Positions 11,497 through 21,665 are shown, numbered from the stretch's first letter. The stretch is DNA of 64,000 nt from Candidatus Latescibacterota bacterium (GCA_965243025.1 CBDETY010000003.1:1760001-1824000), one strand, 5' to 3'. The notes: generated by a model not told the origin, from the sequence alone. Program-made: numbers and translations.

Positions 11497-12186
11497 CTAA
11501 TCAGCCGGGGGGCTGGTCAAGACATGGATGTCGATCCCCTGTTCCTGCCCCCGCCAGCGTACCGCCACCGTCTCCCGACTGTGGTCGAACCCCCGGTCGC
11601 GTAGTCCGGAGATGAAGTTGGCGGCAACAGGCCTGCGGGGGTCGCTGAGGTAGAGCCTTCCCCCGGGCTTGAGGAGCGATTTCAGAAGGCGGTTCAGGTT
11701 GGGGTGGTCGCGGGGTTCGTACGCGATATCGGACGCGACCAGGCACTCGCGGGGTTTTCCGACCGGGTGCCGCCAGTCGAGATAGGCGACCTGGTGACCT
11801 GGACCTGCCCGGTTCCTGACCGCGTTGTGGGTGGTGAAAATCAGTGCGTCTTCGACGTAGTCCGTCGCTTCGACGCGCCAGCCCAGGCGCGCCAGCGTTA
11901 TGCCGACGAGCCCCAGTCCACAGCCCAGCTCGACCGCATCCACGGCTGGCAAACGCCTTTCGAACAACCATCGGGAAAGGCCCAGGGCGGCAGGCCACAC
12001 CTCGGCCCAGTACGGAAACCGCGGATGGGAATCCGGCTCGCGATCGAGGAGCCGGTCGAGAAGCGCGTAGGCATCCACGGTCTCGACGATGGTGAGCTCG
12101 AGGCCTGTACCTACGGCTACGGTGGTCTCCCGGGTATCGTACTTGCCCAGGGTGCGTTTCAGCTGTCGCGGTGAATAGCGCTTCAA
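11497..12186 (-). CDS. Class I SAM-dependent methyltransferase (Methyltransf_16, protein-lysine type)
   Basis: PYWAEVWPAA, ELGCGLG, ATDY, ASDIAYE. Start uncertain (TTG at 12186). Confidence 0.8.
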   Translation of the reverse strand: MKRYSPRQLKRTLGKYDTRETTVAVGTGLELTIVETVDAYALLDRLLDREPDSHPRFPYWAEVWPAALGLSRWLFERRLPAVDAVELGCGLGLVGITLARLGWRVEATDYVEDALIFTTHNAVRNRAGPGHQVAYLDWRHPVGKPRECLVASDIAYEPRDHPNLNRLLKSLLKPGGRLYLSDPRRPVAANFISGLRDRGFDHSRETVAVRWRGQEQGIDIHVLTSPPAD

Positions 12187-12199
12187 GCGCCTGGATCCG

Positions 12200-12718
12200 T
12201 CAGTCCCGGTCGCGCTTTTCCCGAGTCCCCTGGCCTTCGCGCCACCTCCAGCCGCGGCCCTCGGATGCCCGCATGCCTTCAACGATCTCGCGAAGGTCGC
12301 GGCGAAAATGGTCCGAAAACAGGACGAGCTTTGCCCGTTGCCGGATCGTCAGGTGGCCCTCCAGGCCCTTTTTGAACTCATCGTCGGCCATCCGCAACCG
12401 TCGGTCGAGGTCGACTACCTTTTCCATGGCGGCGAGCAACTCCGAATCTTCTGGAGATTCTCCCCCCAGAATATGCCTGAGGTCGCCGGCGGCCTTTTTT
12501 CTCTGAACCCTCAGCTCTTCCATTTTGCGGTGGTGCCGGCTCAAGAGCGGAAACAGCACGGCGGCCTGGTCGACGTCGATTTCGAGCTGGTCGACGAGCC
12601 TCCACATTTTCAGGAACTGAATGCGGTCCAGGGAACGCCCGCCCTCGGAAGACAGTTGACTCCAACCCGCCTCCGGGAGAGCGAGCACGAGGATTACGAG
12701 CGCCGCGGTTGCTTTCAC
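12200..12718 (-). CDS. Secreted helical protein, Spy/CpxP-like
   Basis: Signal peptide, LTIRQRAKL (LTxxQ-type) motif, position downstream of sigma/anti-sigma pair. Confidence 0.6.
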   Translation of the reverse strand: MKATAALVILVLALPEAGWSQLSSEGGRSLDRIQFLKMWRLVDQLEIDVDQAAVLFPLLSRHHRKMEELRVQRKKAAGDLRHILGGESPEDSELLAAMEKVVDLDRRLRMADDEFKKGLEGHLTIRQRAKLVLFSDHFRRDLREIVEGMRASEGRGWRWREGQGTREKRDRD

Positions 12719-13362
12719 TCTGCCTTCTCCGCTGTCAATGCGTAAATGTCTTCCCCCTCGACCAGCAGCTGCATCTGTTCAAAAAGCTCCGATTCGCTCG
12801 CCGTTTCGAGAAGGTACCGGGAGACCTCGGAATCGAGATCGGGAGGGCTGGACTCCGCCAGGAAATCCCCTCCAAACAGCTGGACTTCGTCCCCGTACCA
12901 CAGGGAGACTGATTCCAGGAACTCGTCCACTCCCGGGGAATCCGGGGATTCTTCCCCACCCTGTTCCCCGACAAGGCCGGTACCCGCTGGCAGCCCGGGT
13001 TCGACCAGGGAGAGCCGATCGCTTGCTGCCAGGACCAGCAGCACGGCGGCGGCACCGGCGACCGCTCCGGAAAATGCAGGAGACCACCGCCTCCCCCATG
13101 ATCTCCAGCCCGCGTGTTCCTCGATTCGACGCCGCACCCGGGCCCCGAATCCCGAGGAGACGAAGGGGTCCATGGCCGGTACTGGAACTGTCGAGGTCAT
13201 GGCCAGTGTCTGCTCGAAGCCGGCCAGATTCCGCCGGCAGGCCTGGCACCGTTCGAGATGGCTTTCCACCAGGGGGCGCCGGTGGACCGGCAAACTCCCG
13301 TCCAGAAACTCGACCAGGGACTGTTCGTCGCAGACCGCAGCGCCAGGCTTGTCGGTAGACAT
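12715..13362 (-). CDS. Zinc-finger (zf-HC2) transmembrane anti-sigma factor
   Basis: HLERCQAC (HxxxCxxC), single TM segment, coupled to the ECF sigma gene. Confidence 0.85.
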   Translation of the reverse strand: MSTDKPGAAVCDEQSLVEFLDGSLPVHRRPLVESHLERCQACRRNLAGFEQTLAMTSTVPVPAMDPFVSSGFGARVRRRIEEHAGWRSWGRRWSPAFSGAVAGAAAVLLVLAASDRLSLVEPGLPAGTGLVGEQGGEESPDSPGVDEFLESVSLWYGDEVQLFGGDFLAESSPPDLDSEVSRYLLETASESELFEQMQLLVEGEDIYALTAEKAE

Positions 13363-13988
13363 TACCCCTCCTCCGCGCCGGATTCCCCAGCGGTGCTCTC
13401 GGTGAGGGCAGCGCGCAACTTGCGGACCGCGTGAAAATACCCTGCCCGGACCGACCCCTCCGACCTTCCGATCACCTCGGCGATCGCTGCGTGCGACAGG
13501 TCGTCAAAATGCCTCATCACAAAGATGCTTCTCTGCCTGGGTGGCAGGTCCCGGATCGCCGCCTGAATCGCTGCGATCCGCTGTTTCATCATCAGCTCGC
13601 TTTCGGGGTCGCAAGCATGGAGCCGACGGTGTTCAATGGCGGTCTCCGCTTCGGAATCGAGAAACAACCTGTTTCTCAGCTTTTTCCTGCGCATATGGTT
13701 GAGAGATGTATTCAAGGCAATTCTGTAGAGCCAGGTATACAGGGAGGAACGCCCGCCGAACCGGTGCAGGGATCTGTAGGCTTTCACGAAGGTTTCCTGG
13801 GCGAGGTCCGCGGCCTCGTCGGAGTCTCCGACCATGTGGGCCAAAAAGCGAAAAATCCGGTCCTGGTAGCGGCGAACGATGGCGTCGAAGGAGGATTCCC
13901 GCCCTTGCCTGAACAGGCTGACCAGCTCGGCATCTGAGGTGGTCTCACCTGGCGTGGGCTTGGTTATGGCTGTCGCCTCTCCGGTCAT
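13362..13988 (-). CDS. ECF RNA polymerase sigma factor
   Basis: DLAQETFVKAY, TWLYRIALN, LPPRQRSIF, region 4 HTH. Confidence 0.92.
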   Translation of the reverse strand: MTGEATAITKPTPGETTSDAELVSLFRQGRESSFDAIVRRYQDRIFRFLAHMVGDSDEAADLAQETFVKAYRSLHRFGGRSSLYTWLYRIALNTSLNHMRRKKLRNRLFLDSEAETAIEHRRLHACDPESELMMKQRIAAIQAAIRDLPPRQRSIFVMRHFDDLSHAAIAEVIGRSEGSVRAGYFHAVRKLRAALTESTAGESGAEEG

Positions 13989-14110
13989 GATGCATCAGCC
14001 CCAGTGCTGGCGGCGGCAGTACTCCGACTCGTTCAGGACCATTAGACAATGCAGCCGGGATGAGCGTTTAACAGGTTCCCTTTCCGCGTCCGAGGGGCCG
14101 TCGGACACGA

Positions 14111-15142
14111 TCACTTCAACCCTTCAGCCTGCTCGCTCCCGGCGGCTGACCTGGCCTCGGCGATCAGTTTTTCGTTCATCTCGAAGGTTTGATTGCCTGC
14201 CTCGGTAAGGCGGCCGGGGGGGAAATAGGACCGTCCGTACATGGGATAGGCCTCGCTGCGCAGATGAGCCAGGCCCAGGTGTGCGGAGCGCCGCCGGCGC
14301 TCGTGGCGCAACGCCCCCAGGTCGATCGTCGTCACCACGATCTTCTCTCCGGGTCCCGGGTCGGCCTGGGCAAGAATCCGGCCCTCGAAATCGACTATCA
14401 TGCTCCCTCCAGGCCAGGAGAACGGGGCGTAGTGGCAAAGCGAAGCGCCCTGGTTTGCGCCGACGACATAGGCGGTGTTCTCCAGCGCGCGACAGCGGTT
14501 TACCACCGTCCACCAGTCCATCGGCGGAGTAGCTCCCCAGGGGTCCATGTAAGCGGAAACACGAACCAGTATTTCGGCCCCGTTGGCGGTCAACTGCCGC
14601 AGCGGTTCGGGGAAGATCCAGTCGTAACAGATCGCAGCCCCTATGCGGCCGATCTGCGTCGCGGCCACCGGAAACAGCTCCTCGTCGTATCCGTCCAGAT
14701 CGTGCGGGCTGGCATGCACCTCCCAGGGGATCCAGGGATTGACCTTCCGGTACTTCGACAGGATACCCTCCGGACCGACCAGGCAGGTCGCATTGAAGAC
14801 CTTGCCGGGCCACTTCGGATCTTCTTCCAGGAAGCTTCCGGTCTGAATGTAGATTCCGAGCTCCCGGGCCTTCGCCACGTAGCGCTCGGTGTGCTCGTTC
14901 GGTATGGGGACGGTCAGCTTCGCCAGCAGGCTGTTCGCGGTCGGATAAATGGGAGCGGCGTGGCCGAATTCGGGAAAAGCGATCAACCTTACGTCGGTAA
15001 AGGGCCGGTAACCCGTCACCGCCATGTCGATCATTTCGATCATGCGGTCCGTGCTGCGGTAAATCTCGCGGCGCGACTCGGGGTTAGGCTGGTCGACCTG
15101 ACAGGCCGCCACGCCGTAGCGCAGTGAGCTGTCGGCCGTCAT
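14111..15142 (-). CDS. Nitrilase/carbon-nitrogen hydrolase family protein
   Basis: Triad motifs FPEF, KYRK, ICYD. ATGA overlap with the xdhC stop. Confidence 0.88.
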   Translation of the reverse strand: MTADSSLRYGVAACQVDQPNPESRREIYRSTDRMIEMIDMAVTGYRPFTDVRLIAFPEFGHAAPIYPTANSLLAKLTVPIPNEHTERYVAKARELGIYIQTGSFLEEDPKWPGKVFNATCLVGPEGILSKYRKVNPWIPWEVHASPHDLDGYDEELFPVAATQIGRIGAAICYDWIFPEPLRQLTANGAEILVRVSAYMDPWGATPPMDWWTVVNRCRALENTAYVVGANQGASLCHYAPFSWPGGSMIVDFEGRILAQADPGPGEKIVVTTIDLGALRHERRRRSAHLGLAHLRSEAYPMYGRSYFPPGRLTEAGNQTFEMNEKLIAEARSAAGSEQAEGLK

Positions 15143-16275
15143 GCCCCCGCTCTCTTGGTCTTCCACTCCTTCACCCTGCCCCGGCGGACCTCGATCAGCT
15201 CGGCAACGACACTTATTCCGATCTCCTCGGGAGTGTCGGCGCCGATGTTGAATCCGATCGGTGCGTAGACCTCCTCGAGGCGACTGCGGTCTCCGCCCCT
15301 GCTTTCGATACGGTTCCAGAGGATCAGCTTCTTGCGCTCACTCCCGAGCATTCCGATGTATCGCGCCGGTGTTCTGATTGCCAGTTCGACGACGATCTCG
15401 TCGTGCTGGTGACCGCGGGTGGCGGCAACGACGTAGGTCTGGTCGTCGAACGGAAGGCGCTCGAAGACCTCCTCGATCTCGGCGGCCACGCACTCGTCTG
15501 CCTCAGGGTGGCGTTCGGGGTTGGCGAACAGCGGCCGATCGTCGATTACGACGACATGAAACCCCGAGTTCTTGGCCAGGCTGCAGATCTGCGCGCCGAC
15601 GTGACCACCGCCGAAAACGTAGAGCACCGGGGGTGGCATGAAGGGCTCGAGGTACACCTCGACCCCCTCCAGTCCCGCTGCCCCGAGCGCCTCCCGGCTG
15701 CGGGAGTCGAGGCCAGGGGATTCCTCCGGCAGACTGAAAACCCGTGGTTTCTCCCGCTGCAGAACTTCCGCAGCCCATTGCTCGACGCACTCGTTCAGGG
15801 CAGCCGCGCCGAGACGCCCCAGCCGGTCTCCATCCGGGAACAGGAGCAGCTTGTCCGGCTCCCCATCAGGCAGCTTCTGCGAAGCGAGCACCGTCGCCAT
15901 CACACACTCGCGGCGCCTGGATCTGGCGTCGACTACAGCGGCAAACAGGTCCGGTTCGGTATCCGGTTCGACCGGTTCCGTGTAGATACGCACCGTTCCT
16001 CCGCAGTTGAGCCCGCTCTCACCGGCCTGCTTCTCGGTCATTGTGTAGCGCGTCGTATGCGGACGTCGGGTGGACAAGACCTCCCTGCCGACGGTGAGAA
16101 TCTCCGCTTCGAGACAGCCCCCCCCTATGGTTCCGGCGACGCTGCCGTCGTCCCGGATCAGCATCTTGGCGCGCTCACTCATGGGAATCGAACCGCTGCT
16201 TTCCACCAGGGACGCCAGGGCTCCGCGCCCGCCCTCGCGGCGCATCGCCACAACCTCCTGCAGCACGTCTTCCAT
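15139..16275 (-). CDS. xdhC: XdhC/CoxI family molybdenum cofactor chaperone
   Basis: GTIGGGCLE, GLNCGG, FGGGHVG, TRGHQHD, YIGMLGS, APIGFNIGADTPEEI. Confidence 0.9.
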   Translation of the reverse strand: MEDVLQEVVAMRREGGRGALASLVESSGSIPMSERAKMLIRDDGSVAGTIGGGCLEAEILTVGREVLSTRRPHTTRYTMTEKQAGESGLNCGGTVRIYTEPVEPDTEPDLFAAVVDARSRRRECVMATVLASQKLPDGEPDKLLLFPDGDRLGRLGAAALNECVEQWAAEVLQREKPRVFSLPEESPGLDSRSREALGAAGLEGVEVYLEPFMPPPVLYVFGGGHVGAQICSLAKNSGFHVVVIDDRPLFANPERHPEADECVAAEIEEVFERLPFDDQTYVVAATRGHQHDEIVVELAIRTPARYIGMLGSERKKLILWNRIESRGGDRSRLEEVYAPIGFNIGADTPEEIGISVVAELIEVRRGRVKEWKTKRAGA

Positions 16276-16348
16276 TGCCTTCAGTCCGATTCAGTTCTGC
16301 CGGGACCTGGACAGGTTGGCCGCTGACACGGCAACCTTTCTGCTTCCT

Positions 16349-16957
16349 TCAATCAATTGCGAAACGAGTGCCGAGGCGGAGGTAATCTGCGGGCGTGTCC
16401 AGATCTTCCAGCACCTCGGCCGCATCTACTTCCAGCTCGACAGTGTCCCCTGCGTGTCTCCCGGTGACGGTGTTGAGCCCCTTGTCCGCCGGCAAAGCAA
16501 GGATCTCGTCCCGGTAGCGGCCGCAGATGTAGACCGGATGACCCCTCTTTCCGCGATGCGTCGGCACCACAATGCCCGCTCCCGCAGACCGGGAGCAGTG
16601 GATGATCCTTGCGACGACCTCGGTGTTGAGATCGGGTTGGTCGCCGAGGCAGACAAGGTATCCGGCGGATTTCGGGTCGGCGGACCGGACTCCCGACTGC
16701 ACCGAAGTCACCATCCCCTGGCGAAACCGCTCGTTCACGACACAGGCGAGATCCCGGTTTCCCAGCCGCCGTTCGACCTCGCTGGCCCGATGGCCGAGAA
16801 CTACCACGGTAGCGAGCTCGAAATCCCGCCCGGCAACGGCGCCAAGGCGTTCGACCACAGTCTCTACCACCGTGCACCCGTCGAGGGGAAGAAGTTGCTT
16901 GAACCTCCCCATACGCCGGGACTGCCCGGCGGCCAGAACGATCGCCGTAACCAACAC
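16349..16957 (-). CDS. mocA: Molybdenum cofactor cytidylyltransferase-like nucleotidyltransferase
   Basis: LAAGQSRRMG..KQLL, LGDQP, GHPV, DLDTPADY; adjacent to xdhC. Confidence 0.8.
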   Translation of the reverse strand: MLVTAIVLAAGQSRRMGRFKQLLPLDGCTVVETVVERLGAVAGRDFELATVVVLGHRASEVERRLGNRDLACVVNERFRQGMVTSVQSGVRSADPKSAGYLVCLGDQPDLNTEVVARIIHCSRSAGAGIVVPTHRGKRGHPVYICGRYRDEILALPADKGLNTVTGRHAGDTVELEVDAAEVLEDLDTPADYLRLGTRFAID

Positions 16958-16996
16958 TATTTCAACTCTAACTTGTTGTGGAAAATAGACTAATGG

Positions 16997-17025
16997 AGTT
17001 TATCGGGAGGGTTTTCCGGTGTCAA
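16997..17025 (-). promoter_or_regulatory. sigma70-type promoter for mocA-xdhC-nitrilase
   Basis: TTGACA-17bp-TAAACT on the minus strand. Confidence 0.65.
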
Positions 17026-17308
17026 CTGGCCGTCTGCTTCCGAGCCGGCTGAATCGAACCCCACTCGCAGTCCCCCGCCCACCAACCCCGTGCCGGTGAG
17101 CGAGCTCCCGGTACTGAACCCCGAATTCCAGCCGGATTCACCCGGATCCCTGTGCACTTGCGGAATCAGGGAATCCCGGAAACTTCGGTTTCTTGCACAG
17201 ACCGTTTCACTGGCTTATCATTGAAATTTTCCCAATTTACGAACCGTACCAACATTCCGCAGGCCCGCTTTTCGCCGGGGAGGCGAGGAGAGCGCCGCCG
17301 GCAAGGAG

Positions 17309-19702
17309 ATGGTTACGACCACGCACGTATCCAGTGCCGCATCTCCGAACCCCGGCCATCGGCCCTCATCGCCGGCGGCAATGGAATCCGGGACGGATGG
17401 TTCTTCACGAATTCTGCGGATACCGAACCCTGCCATGTTTCCGAAAGTAGCTGAAGAAGTCTCGAACTCGGTCGAGAAGGAGGGCATCTCCTTCATCTTC
17501 GAAGCGCGCTCGCTTTCCGCTGTCGTTCGCTATATATACACCCCTCTCGAAGGCAATCTCTCCGACATCGAGGTTGAGATCAACAACTCCGAGGCGATCA
17601 AGTTCGCCGAGGGGGGCGGCATTGCGATCGAGATGGGCGGAAAGATCTGGTCAGCCGACGATGAAGAGGTCGAGCGGCACTTCGTTTCATGTGAGCCTGT
17701 GGGCGACTGCATCGAGGCGAGGTGGCATTGGAAGCACGGGGAAGAACTCGCCGATTTCCTGTACCGCATCCGAATCCATCAGAAGTCGCTCGTAGTCGAA
17801 CTCGAAGGCGGCAACGGCAAGGCAAGCGGTGTCGATCTCGGGTACGTTTCCGGGGCCGTTCACCCACGCGTAATCCAGGTTCCCTATTTCTCCTTCGGCG
17901 ACGGGTCGCCGCTCCTGCTCGCCACCTCAGGGGTGTTTGTCTCCAGTGTCCTGGACTGGAGCGAAACCGCTGCCGCGCAGATTTACGCCCCCCCTGCCCA
18001 CGATCCGTCGCATGAGATTCGGCTCGGCGGGGGATGCTTCTACCATCCGGCCTCCGACGGCCGCCGGCGAGCGCTGCGCGAACGCTGGATTCTGACCGTC
18101 TCACGCCAGTTCGAGGAGGTCCTTCCGACCATCCCGGTACGCCAGCGCCCATCAGGGAGCGCGGAACTCGACGACCTCGTCTGGTACCAGGTTCCGGCTC
18201 TTCCCCCCTCCGAAGAAGCCTACGTTGAGGTTTACGAGCAGCTGCGGTCGTTCAAGCAATGGGGCCTCGAACAGCTTCTCGTCAACCATCCCGCCGATGT
18301 ATGGGAAGACGGCCTCGGTATCTCGCTCGGGGGCTCCGAGGCCAAGGGGGGAGACGACGCCCTGCTCGAATACCTCGAAGCGGTCGAGGACCTCGGTTAC
18401 AGATACACCCTGGCTTCAGGGTACACGGAGTTCTCTTCGGAAACAGAAGGCTGGGACAAAAGCAGTGCCGGCCTCGGCTCGGACGGGAATCCGATCGCCA
18501 GCGGCGGCAACCGTTACCTGCTCAAGCCCTCCGCGGCGAACGACACCGCAAAATCGCATCTGCCGACGCTGTTTCAGCGTTTTGAAGGTGCAGGCGCCTT
18601 CGTCAGTGGTCACGCCGCCGCCCCGCCGTCGAGCCGAATCGATTATGACTCGAACACCCTGGACTCGGCGAGTTTTTCCAAGTCTCTCGACCAGGAGCGC
18701 CGGCTGCTTGAGGGGCTTCAGGAAATGGCCCGAGACTCATCGCGCCTGATCGTAGGCGAAGGCGGCAGCCATTGGATGTACGCGGGTCTGCTCTCCGGAT
18801 ACCTGGCCGGCCTTTCCGGACCGAATCCGTACCGAATCCCGCTCCTGCTCGATTTCGACCTCAAGCTGCTGCACGGAGCCCATGTCAACGCCGGGGTGGG
18901 AACGACCGGACTGTTCTTTGGCAAGAATCCTCCCCCCGTTTCCGAGCGCACAAGCCGCAGCGCCTGGCTCGATCGCTACATCGCCACCACTGTTGCGTAT
19001 GGACATGCCGGAGTCTTGCCCGAAATCGATGACTGGGGCCTGGCCGCGGTGATGAAAACCTACTACCTCCTGGTGAAACTTCAGAACCAGTATCTGAACA
19101 CGGAAGTCGAGTCAGTTCTCTACCATCGCGACGGCAGTATGCTCGAAGTTGCCGAGGCCCTGGTTTCCGGCGTCTATGAAGACAGCCAGGTCGAGGTGTT
19201 GTATCGAAACGGGCTGCGCGTATGCGTCAACGGCAGCTGGTCAAACGATTGGACGGTCGAGCACCAGGGCAGGGAGTACAGGCTTCCCCCGGCTTCCTTC
19301 CTCGCCCATGCCCCGGATGGTCTTCTCGTCTTTTCAGCCGACCAGGGCAACGGGCGTATCGATTTTGCGGATTGCGGTGATTTCTTCTATTGCGACACCC
19401 GCGGAGAGCGAGCTTCCCTGGGCCCGGTCTCCCTTTCGGGAGCAGCCGCCGTCAGAACGGAAGCCTGGCAGATTGACGTCTATCCCATCGAATGCGAAGG
19501 CGACATCGAAATCAGACCCGAAAACCTGTGGCCTGACCGCAGGATGCCGCGTCTTCGCATCCTCGCCTTCCAGGAGGACGAGGACCAGCCGCAGGTGATC
19601 GCAGCAAACGTCTCGGCGGCATCTGTTACCCTGGAGCCCCGCGAGGGGATATGCAAATTCCGAATCACCCTTCCGGAATGGATGGTCGAACCGGGGAAGT
19701 AG
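17309..19702 (+). CDS. Large hypothetical protein, possible glycoside hydrolase-like (GH101/GH129-type) barrel
   Basis: 797-aa ORF with natural composition and no signal peptide. Motifs KGGDDAL, GEGGSHW, DFDL, AYGHAG. True start may be 17436. Confidence 0.7.
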   Translation: MVTTTHVSSAASPNPGHRPSSPAAMESGTDGSSRILRIPNPAMFPKVAEEVSNSVEKEGISFIFEARSLSAVVRYIYTPLEGNLSDIEVEINNSEAIKFAEGGGIAIEMGGKIWSADDEEVERHFVSCEPVGDCIEARWHWKHGEELADFLYRIRIHQKSLVVELEGGNGKASGVDLGYVSGAVHPRVIQVPYFSFGDGSPLLLATSGVFVSSVLDWSETAAAQIYAPPAHDPSHEIRLGGGCFYHPASDGRRRALRERWILTVSRQFEEVLPTIPVRQRPSGSAELDDLVWYQVPALPPSEEAYVEVYEQLRSFKQWGLEQLLVNHPADVWEDGLGISLGGSEAKGGDDALLEYLEAVEDLGYRYTLASGYTEFSSETEGWDKSSAGLGSDGNPIASGGNRYLLKPSAANDTAKSHLPTLFQRFEGAGAFVSGHAAAPPSSRIDYDSNTLDSASFSKSLDQERRLLEGLQEMARDSSRLIVGEGGSHWMYAGLLSGYLAGLSGPNPYRIPLLLDFDLKLLHGAHVNAGVGTTGLFFGKNPPPVSERTSRSAWLDRYIATTVAYGHAGVLPEIDDWGLAAVMKTYYLLVKLQNQYLNTEVESVLYHRDGSMLEVAEALVSGVYEDSQVEVLYRNGLRVCVNGSWSNDWTVEHQGREYRLPPASFLAHAPDGLLVFSADQGNGRIDFADCGDFFYCDTRGERASLGPVSLSGAAAVRTEAWQIDVYPIECEGDIEIRPENLWPDRRMPRLRILAFQEDEDQPQVIAANVSAASVTLEPREGICKFRITLPEWMVEPGK

Positions 19703-19772
19703 GCGGAAATCCCCCGCTGAAAACCCGGGATTTCAGAAAGCCACCCTCCCGGCGTCTTCCACTGGCGGCGCC

Positions 19773-20867
19773 TTGGACAGGCTGCGGGGGCTGCGGATCA
19801 TTCGAGGTGTGTCCCGGCTGAACAATACACCGGCACCCGGTGACGGAAAGGGATCCGCATTCCTCAGAGTCTGCGCCGGCCAGGCGGTTCCGCGTCGGCC
19901 GGTGTGGCTGATGCGCCAGGCCGGAAGAATCCTTCAACCCTACCGCGATCTCAAGAAACAGACAGGATCGCTTTCAACCCTTTTCAATACCCCTGAGCTT
20001 GCCGCCCAGGTGACGTTGATGCCCGTCGAGATTTTGGGTGTCGATGCCGCCATCCTGTTTGCCGACATCTTCACCCCGGTCGAACCGATGGGCTGTGAGC
20101 TCGTATTCCAGCCTGGCCCGGTGTTGGCTTCTCCCGTACGCACCAGGAGCGACGTCGATCGCCTCCGCACCATCGACCCCGAGGAGGACCTGCCTCACGT
20201 GAGGCGGGAGATTGAGCTTGTCCGCGCGGGGCTTCCGCGCGGTGTGCCGCTCATCGGTTTCGCCGGCGCCCCGGTTACCCTGGCTACCTATCTCGCCGAA
20301 GGAACGGGCGCGCGCGAGTTCACCCGCTTCAGGAGGTTGCTCCACGCGGACCCGGATACCGCCGGTCTGCTTCTGGCCAAGCTTGCCGACGTGGCCATCA
20401 CCTACCTGGAAATGCAAGTCGACGCCGGAGTCGATGCCGTACAGCTCTTCGACACCTGGATTGGCCAGCTCTCAAAAGCGCAGTTCGAACGCATAGCACT
20501 GCCCGGCCTGGAACGGATCTTTGCGCGGCTCAGTCGCTTGCAGGTCCCGACCATCTATTTCGCAAATGATTCCGCTCACCTGCTGCCACTACTGCCGCGT
20601 ACCGGGGCAGATGTCTTCAGCATCGACTGGCGAACGGATATGCGACTGGCCCGCGACCTGTTCGGCCCCTCCAGGCCGCTGCAGGGCAATCTCGACCCTG
20701 CCGCCTTGTTCGCACCGAGGGAACAGGTTGTAACCGCGACCCGGGAACTGCTGGACATGACCCGTGGTACACCCCATATCTTCAACCTCGGCCACGGCGT
20801 CCATCCGGAGACACCGATCGATTCCGTGCGAGCCATGATCGATACGGTGCATGAATACGCCGGCTGA
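19773..20867 (+). CDS. hemE: Uroporphyrinogen decarboxylase
   Basis: PVWLMRQAGR, AILFADI, LIGFAGAP, QGNLDP, IFNLGHG. Start may be 19809. Confidence 0.95.
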   Translation: MDRLRGLRIIRGVSRLNNTPAPGDGKGSAFLRVCAGQAVPRRPVWLMRQAGRILQPYRDLKKQTGSLSTLFNTPELAAQVTLMPVEILGVDAAILFADIFTPVEPMGCELVFQPGPVLASPVRTRSDVDRLRTIDPEEDLPHVRREIELVRAGLPRGVPLIGFAGAPVTLATYLAEGTGAREFTRFRRLLHADPDTAGLLLAKLADVAITYLEMQVDAGVDAVQLFDTWIGQLSKAQFERIALPGLERIFARLSRLQVPTIYFANDSAHLLPLLPRTGADVFSIDWRTDMRLARDLFGPSRPLQGNLDPAALFAPREQVVTATRELLDMTRGTPHIFNLGHGVHPETPIDSVRAMIDTVHEYAG

Positions 20868-20897
20868 ACGGGGGATCCCTCTTCAGGAGAACAACCG

Positions 20898-21131
20898 ATG
20901 AACAGCGAAGAACAGGGGGTAACCAGGACGCACGTTTTTTTCTGTGTCGACAAGGAAAGGCACGCTCAGTACGGCGGCGAGAAAGTGATCGGCGCCCAGC
21001 CGAAGACGATCACCGTGCTCGGGAAGCGGGTAGATGGCTGGGTTATTACCACCGAGCTTCCGGTGATCGACAAGACCATAACCTTGAGAGAGTCGCTCGA
21101 CGGGGCCCGGGACGTGCAGGATCCCGAGTAA
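20898..21131 (+). CDS. Small hypothetical protein (77 aa)
   Basis: AGGAGA RBS; globular-looking composition; follows hemE. Confidence 0.65.
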   Translation: MNSEEQGVTRTHVFFCVDKERHAQYGGEKVIGAQPKTITVLGKRVDGWVITTELPVIDKTITLRESLDGARDVQDPE

Positions 21132-21173
21132 GCCGGCCTTCTCTACACAGCGGCGGCACGCGGTCGAACCAGT

Positions 21174-21665
21174 TCAATCCCGCCATTTGAGGCGGTCTTT
21201 ACGCCAGACTGCAACCTCCTCAGGCAGGGCGTCGAAGTCTTCACCCGGTTTCAGAAAGATCCCGCTGAAATCCCCCCGCGAGTCGAAACCGGGCCACAGT
21301 TCCGGAAACTCCTCGCGAAGCAATGTCATCGCCTGGTTCAGTATTCCCTCGGCGTGGTAGGAAAGGACACGCTCCGACTCTCCCCGGCCTGAATCCTCGA
21401 GGTGCTGGGCGAGCGGAGCGCTGAGGAAAAAATCAAAAGCGATGACGTTGGACTGGTTGAGGTAGAGGGAAACCCTGTAGGCCGGGTAACTGAGGCGAAG
21501 TCCGAGGAGTTCCAGCTTGAGGTTCAGCCAGTCGCGCTCCGTGACGGAACGGATAATCGTCAGGTCCTCCGAGCGGAGTTCTGTCGATCCCCGTGTCGGC
21601 ATGAGAAATACAGTCCCGGCGACGGCGAGGAAAATGACTGCGGTAAGGCGGCGAATTCTTGGCAT
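21174..21665 (-). CDS. Hypothetical exported protein
   Basis: N-terminal basic plus hydrophobic signal; fills the gap between genes. Confidence 0.65.
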   Translation of the reverse strand: MPRIRRLTAVIFLAVAGTVFLMPTRGSTELRSEDLTIIRSVTERDWLNLKLELLGLRLSYPAYRVSLYLNQSNVIAFDFFLSAPLAQHLEDSGRGESERVLSYHAEGILNQAMTLLREEFPELWPGFDSRGDFSGIFLKPGEDFDALPEEVAVWRKDRLKWRD

